Positions 1-9,478 of a stretch of 19,810 bases of DNA are shown here, one piece after another. The notes beneath the pieces were generated by a model, which worked only from the letters and a program-made list of their open reading frames with translations, was not told the origin of the DNA and did no database searches. The position numbers and the translations under genes were made by a program. Within the stretch, counting starts at the first letter, position 1. Every line of letters starts with the position of its first letter. The stretch comes from Octopus sinensis (taxonomy: Eukaryota), in contig NW_021824145.1 in NCBI RefSeq assembly GCF_006345805.1, positions 1 through 19,810 on the forward strand, in the 5' to 3' direction.

Positions 1-197
1 AACTAAAATCCAAGCTTCAGAATTTTTCCCCTGTACCAATTCAGGGACGATACAACCTGTAGCCTACTAATTAGTAAAGTTACTTATATTATTAGAAAAT
101 ACAGAGCCTTTTTGAACGTATCTACAACAAACGACATATCCACCACGGCCTTAGAAAACCACAAGCACACACGCAAATATTAAAAATGATACAATCA

Positions 198-522
198 AGA
201 AGAAGAAGAAGAAGAAGAAGAAGAAGAAGAAGAAGAAGAAGAAGAAGAAGAAGAAGAAGAAGAACAACAACAACAACAACAACACAACAACAAGGAGAAG
301 AACAAGAACAAAACAAGAACAAGAATTAGAAGAAGAAGAAGAACAACAACAACAACAACAACAAGAAGAAGAACAAGAAGAAGAACAAGAACAAGAACAA
401 GAACAAGAACAACAGACAATAAGAACAAGACAAGAATAACAAGAACAAGATGAAGAACAAGAAAAACAAGAACAAGAAGAACAAGAACAAGAACAAGAAC
501 AAGAACAACAAGAACAAGAACA
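198..522. repeat. Compound microsatellite (GAA)n / (CAA)n / (GAACAA)n
   Basis: Read directly: pure GAA run, then CAA, then mixed GAACAA units. It explains the low-complexity ORFs at 122-647. Confidence 0.98.
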
Positions 523-1100
523 TACCACCTGCACTCCTTTCTTATTCTCCCTTCTCTTTCTCCTTCTTCGTCTTCTTCCTCTACGCCACCTCCTTCCTAA
601 CTTTACTACTATTGCTGTTTAGAATAACACATACGCAAATTTTATAAACAATACATTCAAAGGATGTCTCAAGAATTCAGTAACTACTACCATCCACAAC
701 AAGTCACTTTCAGAGCACTTGACTATTTACCATCCTACTACTATCATGGCACTCCCGCATTCTTCTACTTCTCCTCCTCCTCCTCCTCCTCCTTCTTCTT
801 CTTCTTCTTCTTCCCTACCAGAATTCACAACGACCTCGAACCCACAAGAGTAAACAAGAGAGACGGAGACAGGCAGAAACAAGGAAAATGCCCCTTGTAT
901 TTGAATACTATGCAAATATTATTTTTAAAAACTTTTCTTTTAATTTTTCCAAAATTTAATTATTTTCCATACTTACAGTTGAAAAAGTCTCAATGACTGA
1001 AACCGGTACTGAAATATTTTTTATAAAATTATTTTAGCATTTTCTGCCTTGACATATTTCCTATATATATCAGCTCGTGTGTTCCTTTTCACCCTTCTAC

Positions 1101-1128
1101 ATACACACACACACACACATATATATAT

Positions 1129-1167
<39 letters not shown>

Positions 1168-1213
1168 ATATATATATATTATATATTATATATATATTAT
1201 ATATACATATACA

Positions 1214-1291
<78 letters not shown>

Positions 1292-1297
1292 TATATA
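1101..1297. repeat. (CA)n followed by a long imperfect (TA)n microsatellite
   Basis: Read directly; source of the IYIYIY ORFs. Confidence 0.98.
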
Positions 1298-1352
1298 TTT
1301 CGTTTTGGGATTTGGTTTGCAAGATTCTTTATATGAGTTCGTGTGTTGAAGC

Positions 1353-1518
1353 ATATTCTGTTGTGTCTGGGGAGAGTCATTCTCTGTTAGTACCTTATTA
1401 TTAACACACTCACCGATAAAATTTCCACTTATTTCTTAGAAAATAAAAAAAGAAATAAGTGGAAATTTTACCGGTGAGTGTGTTAAAAGAAGGACTCTCC
1501 CCAGACACAACAGAATAT
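1353..1518. repeat. Foldback inverted repeat, probably an inverted PLE pseudo-LTR fragment
   Basis: 1353-1378 is the perfect 26-bp reverse complement of 1493-1518. 1401-1437 matches the reverse complement of 1450-1486 at 36/37, with a 12-nt loop. (TA)n lies on both sides. PLE origin is inferred. Confidence 0.9.
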
Positions 1519-1533
1519 ATATATATATATATA

Positions 1534-2083
1534 CTTTATTTTAAGCAGCAGAAAATTCAACAGATTTATATTCATACGTCTGTATATGTATGGCGTTGGC
1601 GCGCATCCTTTTGTGTATGTTGATATATATATGCACATTTTAATAAAAATATGTATTGCAGTGTAATATTTATAACAGGTTTAATTCCTATGATTAATTT
1701 ATACTTTCTTCATTAATGTCAATATGTATTTTATTCAATGTAAGGTTTTTTTCCTCGGATTTTAATAATTTTTTAAATTTTTTTATATATATATACATAT
1801 ATTTTTTGACCTTTTTGTTTATCGCTCGAAGATTGACCGTTTTTTTCTAAAGGGCCAATCAAACAAGTCCATTTCTTTTTAAAGGTGTAGCGTTTGTAAG
1901 AGTCTAGATTGAATTGATATATCGGTTCCATTCTAGCAAAAACTGTCTGATGAACGGCAACGAGAAACTCAGAGTAACAGATTTTGTTGAATTTCTGCTG
2001 CTTAAAATAAAGCATATTACTCTACCACTGGTATTTGAGTACTCTTTTTTCCACCTTGTTTCACATTTATGTGTTTACTCCGG
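1534..2083 (+). mobile_element. PLE pseudo-LTR/3' fragment with a hammerhead and a short inverted copy at its 5' side
   Basis: Contains the hammerhead at 1937-1986. 1534-1562 is an inverted copy (one extra A) of 1985-2012, just 3' of the ribozyme. Bounded by (TA)n on both sides. Inverted partial pLTRs are typical of PLE insertions. Confidence 0.7.
1937..1986 (+). ncRNA. Minimal type I hammerhead ribozyme (HHR1)
   Basis: Stem I CAAAAACTGT/ACAGATTTTG (9/10 pairs); core CTGATGA 1947-1953; stem II A-CG-GCAA-CG-A (basal A.A mismatch); GAAA 1964-1967; stem III ACTC-A-GAGT; predicted cleavage after GUA (1976). Confidence 0.88.
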
Positions 2084-2098
2084 TATATATAATATATA

Positions 2099-2151
<53 letters not shown>
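2084..2151. repeat. (TA)n microsatellite
   Basis: Read directly; separates two PLE fragments. Confidence 0.97.
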
Positions 2152-2156
<5 letters not shown>

Positions 2157-2293
2157 AAATATTAATGCATTTACTATACTAACATTAATTTAGCTAATAC
2201 CATCCATCCCTCTAAAAATATTAATAACAAGGTTATTTATACTGTAGTTAATTCCAACAGAATTAAGTTTATGTCAAGTAACTCTAAAATTAA

Positions 2294-2659
2294 AATTCTA
2301 TATACCAGTGTATAATCAGTACTCGTAATAAAGAACGATTTTACATTGAAAGTACATCGTTAGAGTTATCTAAAAGAATTTCTATCCATTACTCAGCATT
2401 TAGGGTTAGGAATAAACGTAATAGTACCGGTCTCAGCAAATTAATTTGGGAACTAAAAGACGACAATAAACAATTTCATTTAGAATGGTTGATTCTCTCA
2501 TTCTCGATACCTTATGACAAAGGCAAGAAATTTTGTCTTCTCTGCAATTCTGAACTATTTTTCATTACTTTTTCTAAAAATCCCCTTGTAAACACGGTTA
2601 TAGAGCGTGCATACCGATGTAAACATTGGCAAAAACACATCTTTAGTGCATATAAGTAA
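2294..2659 (+). pseudogene. GIY-YIG endonuclease domain of a 5'-truncated Penelope-like retroelement
   Basis: Manual translation of a stop-to-stop frame with no ATG: NSIYQCIISTRNKERFYIESTSLELSKRISIHYSAFRVRNKRNSTGLSKLIWELKDDNKQFHLEWLILSFSIPYDKGKKFCLLCNSELFFITFSKNPLVNTVIERAYRCKHWQKHIFSAYK*. Shows IY...YI(G>E)...KR...H, LSKxIWxLK, PY-x-CxLCxxE, LxN and CxH motifs of PLE endonucleases. Confidence 0.9.
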
Positions 2660-2859
2660 TCTCTATCATTATATGTAATTTAAACATTAATTCCCTTTAT
2701 ATTTAACATTCACTATAAATATCCCTACTCTTTCTGTAAGCTACTTCTGATGTTATATCATATAACGTTTTTTGAAACAATATTTATAGCGTTCAGTAAA
2801 TCACTATACATATCTATCATTTTCTGTTAAAATGTCTTATTGACGAGTTTCGTTTTTTC

Positions 2860-2946
2860 ACTTTCCTGAAGAGAAGATTGCATTGTTTTATACCATTTAT
2901 TCTTTTGAATAATATCAGTGGAATCTACGGAACATGTGTCGAAAGT
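2860..2946 (+). ncRNA. Type I hammerhead ribozyme with a long stem II and mutated core (HHR2), in the 3' pLTR of the GIY-YIG element
   Basis: Stem I ACTTTC/GAAAGT; CTGAAGA 2866-2872; stem II GAAGATTGCATTG...CAGTGGAATCTAC with inner TTATTC-TTTT-GAATAA hairpin; GGAA in place of GAAA (2929-2932); palindromic ACATGT; GUC cleavage triplet 2938-2940. Lies 200 nt after the endonuclease stop. Confidence 0.8.
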
Positions 2947-2989
2947 AAAAGTATTTGATTTATACCTGCGTTAAACTCCATTTATTTAT

Positions 2990-3013
2990 GTATATATGTA
3001 TGTGTATATATAT

Positions 3014-3050
<37 letters not shown>

Positions 3051-3151
3051 TTATTTATGTATATATATATTAACTTTTACAGATTTCTAGCTATTCGAAT
3101 GCTACAATAGCATTAACAGCAAAATCTGATTGTTCCTCTCTATACATCTGC

Positions 3152-3239
<88 letters not shown>

Positions 3240-3360
3240 ATATATAATATATACATATGCATATACATACATACACAAACAAACACACACAAATATATAT
3301 ATATATATGTGTTGTGTGTGTGTGTGTGTGTATGTATGTATGCATATGTATATAATATAT
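2990..3360. repeat. Mixed (TA)n, (CA)n and (TG)n microsatellite region
   Basis: Read directly; about 80 nt of non-repetitive sequence lies at 3071-3151. Confidence 0.93.
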
Positions 3361-3433
3361 GACTTTATTATCCCGATTACACTATGTAACAATTTTTTTG
3401 CTTTTATCTAGAAACTAAAAGCAATGACTACTA

Positions 3434-3743
3434 TTCCCTTCAAACTTTGCTTTTGTGATCTGAACATCAATGTTTTGTAACTGACCTATTTTCCATTACA
3501 TTTCAGACAGTTTCAACGCTGAATTGCTGAAGCAGAAATATCATTATACCAATTATTCTGCTCAGTACCACAGATTTGCTTGCCAGTTGCTTGACCTTAA
3601 ACATTTGAGTACATCTTTTAGTGTCTGACAATATGTACATTTCTGATGATGTGCAGGAGTAGTGGGGTAACGTCATAGCCATGTGTTGAGAAGAATTGTT
3701 TGGAGTTTGAATAAATGTAACATAAAACAGAGTTTGAAGGAAA
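3434..3743. mobile_element. About 310-bp MITE with TA target-site duplication (Tc1/mariner type)
   Basis: Left end TTCCCTTCAAACTTTGCTTT matches the reverse-complemented right end TTTCCTTCAAACTCTGTTTT at 17/20. TA lies at 3432-3433 and 3744-3745. No coding capacity. Confidence 0.75.
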
Positions 3744-3884
3744 TATTAATCAGCTTTCATAATTTCTAGGGGTAAGGAAATAGGAAATAACAGTTGCTAC
3801 CAAAGGACAGAATTTACACAGTGTTATCTATATTTTAACTGCTTCTATTTGTATTCTATTTGTCGCTGTTTCTTTATTACAATA

Positions 3885-5366
3885 CTAGCATTATAACCTG
3901 TAGTTGCCGGATCATAGTGCTAGTACATGTATATATGTGTATATATATGTGTACATATTACATGTACATCTATATATATACATCTACACATAAAATACAA
4001 AATACAAAGTTATATCTTGATATCGCTAGTGATAACAATACTCAAAATATATAACAGACTGGAATTGTAGGCCCGTTTCTTGCAATTTAGATCAATTGTA
4101 TCTTGTCCTCCCTCTTTTTTAATTTTTATCCGGGACATCCTACGTCCCAGATATAAAGGTGAAAGTAAAATATTTTCACTTTGCATGGTTTGAGTCGAGT
4201 ATTCCCTTGCACACTCCGTTGACTCGAACCTTGCTTCTATTGTGGCGAATTTACCGCCTCTGGTTAGATATCTTTCATAGTCCCACCAATACACTTTTCG
4301 ATGGTGCTTTCCTCCAGGTGTTCAAATCTTTTTTTTTTCTCTACATTGTATACTTTATAGACAATAGTCTTTTCTTTAATTTAATTTTTTATTTCATTTG
4401 GTGGTGTTATCCTAGATTCACCGTCTTTGTCGGTGATCAATCCTAAATAGGTTTGTATTTCTTCCATTTTAATTTTAATGAGTTCGCGCCTGCCGACGGC
4501 TGCAGCGAAATTCATTTTTGGACTTTCTTCTATCGAAGGCATTCTAACAAAAATGCTTCCGTATAAACGGTGAAAATATTATCAATTTCCCCAAACAGGG
4601 ACACAATTCAATTTTTAAACAATAACCAAAGCACTTTCTCCCAAAGGGGAGGGTTACAGGTTAAAATTATTTAACAAATGCAACACAACAACCGTAATAA
4701 CAATAGTTAAACAGCAATAATAATAGCAACAAACCTTACGGTGTATCAAAAAGCAGTATGCAGTTGAAGCTATAGTCCTTTATGTATAAGAAATAAACCA
4801 ACAGCAGTACTCAGTAGGAGCGGCTGTTCAAGAAAACAGACATTACATACAGCCAAACTTCATATAGATACTTAATGCTAGCTAATTAGCAGATAATCTA
4901 ATGTAAAAGCCGTGGTAAACGGTATGTGCACAGCTCCATCTGGACTATTCCATTTCTGCACTTAAATTTTATTTTTAATTTATTCCCATTCATGTGAAAC
5001 CACCTATTCAAGTACAAGTTATTGATGCAATTTTATACCAATTGCTATTTTTACTTTTAATTGTTATGTTACGATTTAATTATTATTTTATACTTTTTGT
5101 TAAAGGGAAAGTATCTGACATAAAATAGAGAAATGTTTTTGTTTCACTTTTAACACGTAATACTGAAATAGTGGAGAAGATATGATATTGCTAAGGGCTC
5201 GCCCTAGGCAAGAAGCTGAACATTTTTTGCCCATGAAAATACATGGACCCTAAGTAAGGCATGCGTAAAATTTGAATGAAATTGGTTGTGTAGTTCTCAC
5301 GTTTTAGGGAAACACACACATATACAGACAGACAGACACTCATTCTCAGTTTTATATATAGAGAGA
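3885..5366 (-). mobile_element. Probable non-autonomous Helitron
   Basis: Minus-strand 5' end A|TCTCTCTATATATAAAA at 5366, followed by a (GTCT)n tract and CCAATTTCATTCAAATTTT. Candidate 3' end CTAG|T at 3888-3885 lies within a palindrome (3884-3924). Fits the Helitron rule A|TC...CTAG|T. That both ends belong to one element is inferred; the 5' end is better supported. Confidence 0.55.
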
Positions 5367-5597
5367 TGAATTCCCAATGAGGAGATCCAACTATTTGTTT
5401 GGTTTGTTTTTGGGAACCTGGTTGGCTATGCATGATGTATGTTCCTTATCGGATTACCCTTCGGAGTCATTGGGGCACAAAACACCTCCTGCGTTCAAAT
5501 TTTAATTTTTAATTCCTTCTGAATGTAAAAATAAATTTTCACCGATATTCAATTTTTTATTACTCCCGTGATTAAATGCTACCCCAATAAACTTTGT

Positions 5598-5694
5598 AAT
5601 GTATGTATGTATGTATGTATGTATGTATGTATGTATGTATGTATGTATGTATGTATGTATGTATGTGTGTGTGCGCGTGTGTGTATGTGTGTGT
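5598..5694. repeat. (ATGT)n then (GT)n microsatellite
   Basis: Read directly. Confidence 0.97.
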
Positions 5695-6051
5695 AAATGT
5701 GTATATACGCATACCTGTAGGTGTGCTACTTTCGTCTGCCTTGAGTTGAAAACGGTTATTGAATGATTTTGAGCTGAATCCATAACCCTAACCATTGTCT
5801 CTAAACTTAAACATTAACGCCTTAACCGTATCTAAATTCTTCTGAATCATACTTTGAAATGATACCTGCAGTCTACTATTTGTTTAAAAAAAAAAGAGGT
5901 TGCATACCACCAATTCAGAAATCCCCAAATATGAATGTCTAAGATGGAAAGTCTCAGAGAATTTTTAAAAAACAATGAATAAGAGCCATTCAGAAACTGG
6001 GTGTTTATTCTGAAACTCAGGCGTTATTTTAAATTTTCTTTTGCCTTGTTC

Positions 6052-6073
6052 GTGTGTGTGTGTGTGTGTGTGT

Positions 6074-6106
<33 letters not shown>
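6052..6106. repeat. (GT)n microsatellite
   Basis: Read directly. Confidence 0.97.
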
Positions 6107-6111
<5 letters not shown>

Positions 6112-7322
6112 TGCTATTGCCGTTGGCTGTTGTTGTTAAAACAAGGTATGAAAAGACAATAAGGCGCAGTAATCATAGGACAGCTACACAGTCACAAGGA
6201 CTAATAAACAACACAGAAAGCTTTGTATCTGTGCTGGAAGAAATCGATATGTTGTCAAATGTCAAAGAAACCATCTATAATGATTTAATTGACAGCTTAA
6301 CGCCATTGTGTAACCCTAGTTACACAGATTCTATTGATAACCTCTAAATCTTCGCCTGCACTTGACAATTATGAAATGGTTTGTTCATATAACGCAACGG
6401 CATAATGGTACCGTAACATCTAGCAGATAAATGGACAAATTCTTTGTAAAAGAGGAATAAGGAACCAAGAAAGAGTGTGGTTGAGTAACGCCAAGACTTG
6501 CACAAAAAGGATTAGAGCTAAGGTTAGGTTTATGGTTAAGATGCTTGATAACAAGAAAATGTAGGAAAGAATTTGTGTTTCGTATTTTGTCCCGACAATT
6601 TCCCAGAATTATAAACATTGATCGACTGATTCGACAATGTCTACTCTAATTGGGGTTTTCTCAACACAGGCCCACGACGACACCTTTTTTTTTACATGGG
6701 AATGGTTATGGTCAATTTATTCGACCTTGCCCAATATTCGGTTAATATTTTAAAGACTCCACCGCTACTCTTCCACTGATGAATGGAAGTCCAAGTTGAA
6801 CTTCGACAGGAATCTCTTTCACTTCCCCCCTCTCTATCTCTCTTTTTCTCTCCCTCTCTTTCGCGCTCTCTCTCTTTCTCCCTCTCCCTCTCATATTATA
6901 TACTATAATCATCTCTACATACAATTTTACACTGTACAATCTCGTAGTTTGAGAATACTCAATAGCCAAATCAGTGAATGATAGCACAAGCAAAACGATC
7001 GAAAGTCCAGTGGTTTGTATTCTGTGTCACCCCCAGCTCAGCAGCACAGTGATGAGTCAGTAGTCTACTGGACAGTTGAGACTCTATGACTTTGTCCATT
7101 GAGCTACTTAAACAGGTAGATGTTACAGTATTTCTCACCAAGGCGCTTAACACTTAACCACCGAAGTCCACTTTCTAAATAACATACGAAACTGAACTTT
7201 TAACGTTTCATTCAGAATGGCTGTGAACATGTTCTTGCTTCTCCGTGGTCAAAACATTTATTTCCTAATATAACTCGAAGTAAAAGCCACAATGTTCATA
7301 GTTGAATGTAAACATCATGTTA

Positions 7323-7610
7323 AAGCGCGTGGCTTTCTACTTAGGGTATTCGACTCGTGATCGTAAGGTCGTGAGTTCGATTCCTGGCAGCGTATTGTGT
7401 CCTTGAGCAAGACATTTTATTTCACATTGCTCCAATCCACTCAGCTGGCAAAAATGAGTTGTACTTGTAAATTCGAAGACCAAGCCTTGTCTCATTCTGT
7501 ATCACGCTGAATCTCCCAGAGAACTACGTTAAAGGTACGCATGTCTGTGGAGTGCTCAGCCACTTGCATGTTAACTGCAAGCTGTTCCGTTGATCTGATC
7601 AACTGGAACC
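7323..7610 (+). mobile_element. tRNA-derived SINE with CORE-like segment (family B), copy 1
   Basis: Degenerate A box, B box GAGTTCGATTCC 7373-7384, then TGTGTCCTTGAGCAAGACA. Collinear with 7832-8095. Confidence 0.85.
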
Positions 7611-7831
7611 ATAAACTTATCCATAAGCAAGAAATAGATTAAAGAAGATATATGTCTACCATACTTAATGAAAATACATGACGAATACCGCAATAAGTTT
7701 GTTTCTTTGCGATGTATCTGTATCTAGTATGATAATAAATGGCTAATTTAACCTAATAGTGTTTCTGTTGCATAAAACGAATTTTATAATTCATATCGAT
7801 CCATCCACATAGATATATAAAGATAACATTT

Positions 7832-8095
7832 AGTGAAGGCTTATTGGTTAGGGTATTAAGTTCACAATCGTACAGTCGTGAGTTCGATTCCCGACTGCGC
7901 GTTGTGACTTTGAGCAAGACACTTTATTTCATGTTGCTCCGGTCCACTGGCAAAAATGAGTTAAACTTGTAATACAAAGGACCAGCTTTGTCACATTCTG
8001 AGTCACGCTGAATCTCCTTGGGTAGGCGTATGTATAGAGTGCTCACTCACTTGCAAATCAACTAGAACTCTTGTTGCCGTAACCGACAGTGTAAC
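7832..8095 (+). mobile_element. SINE family B, copy 2
   Basis: B box GAGTTCGATTCC 7880-7891; shares TTGAGCAAGACA, CTGGCAAAAATGAGTT and TCACGCTGAATCTCC with copy 1. Confidence 0.85.
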
Positions 8096-8914
8096 AGTTA
8101 TTCTACCATTTCCATTAATTCTTCTGCTATCTATTTTAATAAATTTTCAAAGCATTTACACATATTATATCAAATACAAATGAACTTTATCGATACAAAT
8201 CTCCTGTAAGGTTTGAAAAACGGACTGACATCAAATCATTTATCTGCAATCTTTCCCGCAGTGTTGCAGCAAGAAGTCACTCAATGTAAAACGTCAGAAA
8301 AGTGGACATATTTTTAAAAACGATTAAACTGTCAGGAAGATAAAGACAGCAACGATGAAGATTTGCTTGTGGTGAAATTGGTCATGTAATCCGGAAGATC
8401 GTGTAATCAGCAGAATTACGAGATAGCTAGTGTATTGGTTGGTGAGGGAGGACTTCCGGTGGCAGAAAGCCAAATTACAAACTGAAAGAAAATAAAAGAA
8501 TAAAAATATATAATTTAAGAAATGTTTCACTGGAAAATCACTGGATATGACGACAGATGGTAACAGAGCGTTATTAATAATTTTCTTACTTTTGCCTAAT
8601 CGAAACCATCAGATTCGATTAGGCAACCCAAAACAGTCAGTGATTGATATATTTGCGATATTGTAATATTTTTAGTTTATCGATTACATCGACCACTTTC
8701 TCAACTTATTCTCGTTTTATAGTTTCCCATTCGGTTGTTCATTAGAGGAATGTCATTCAAAAATCCCAAATTGATCTATATGACAAGTTGTTGCCAATAA
8801 CACCTTGAAACAAATGAAACACTGCCCCGAATGGTGGGGATGCTGGTGGTGCTGGTGACCGTTGATCTTCAGATCGAACTGACTGTGTTACTTTTGCGGA
8901 GATTTTTTTGTGGT

Positions 8915-9128
8915 GACGGGTCAGAATTTGAACTCGGAACGCACAGATCGGAAACACACACTTCAAGGCATTCCATCCGATCTTCTGCTGTCTTAGATTT
9001 GTACTTCATTTATCGATCCCGAAAGGATGAAAGGCAAACCTGAAGTCGGTTACATTTGAACTCAGAGTGCAAAAGGTCCGAGAGCAGGTATCCTATCCAA
9101 CACACTAGCGACTCTCCTAATCCGCCAC
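8915..9128 (-). mobile_element. SINE family A fragments (two adjacent partial copies)
   Basis: ATTTGAACTC occurs twice (reverse B box); GAAAGGATGAAAGGCAAA resembles the 14038-14252 copy. Confidence 0.7.
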
Positions 9129-9149
9129 ACCCAAATACTATCTCAAATG

Positions 9150-9318
9150 GCACCGGTGGCGAGGCGGAGATGGAGGAGACTGGCGGCACATTCGCAGCTA
9201 CGTGCTACGAACCGTAAATTCACGTAGATGTTCACTTGAATTTACGGGTTTGGGCACGAGGTGGCACAAATTTCCCGGCTTTACGATCTGAAGCACCGGT
9301 GGCAAGGCGGAGCTGGAG
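9150..9318. repeat. 26-bp direct repeats flanking a hairpin
   Basis: 9150-9175 and 9293-9318 are 24/26 identical. Internal stem CCGTAAATTCA/TGAATTTACGG (9212-9222/9237-9247). Confidence 0.85.
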
Positions 9319-9447
9319 TCCACATGTATTTAGACCCAATGTACCCTGTGGCCAGACATCACCTCATTTCGATTTACAGGGCAGTAATCACATTTCATTT
9401 CCTAATCTAGAATTGAAAAAGCTCAAAGTACTTAAGGACCCCTTCCT

Positions 9448-9478
<31 letters not shown>

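Noticed and set aside
122-647. Cys/Ser-, Leu/Phe- and Lys/Asn-rich ORFs resembling metallothionein or membrane peptides
   Set aside because: They are translations of the GAA/CAA/GAACAA microsatellite.
1077-3411. IYIYIY-type ORFs (and CVCV/HTHT ORFs elsewhere)
   Set aside because: Dinucleotide repeats lack stop codons; no coding signal.
5781-6540. Short degenerate telomere-like patches (CATAACCCTAACC near 5781; TAAGGTTAGG near 6519) as inverted ends of one element
   Set aside because: Only a few imperfect units, with no extended arm homology or target duplication.
7323-7400. tRNA genes at A/B-box sequences (also 7832 and 17242)
   Set aside because: No complete cloverleaf; each continues into a shared SINE body.
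9229-9250. Minus-strand AACCCGTAAAT resembling the 5' end of miR-100
   Set aside because: The 3' half does not match miR-100 and the would-be mature sequence runs into the loop, so Drosha/Dicer geometry fails.
9150-9318. CRISPR-like repeat-spacer unit
   Set aside because: Only two repeats, a 117-nt spacer, eukaryotic context and no cas genes.
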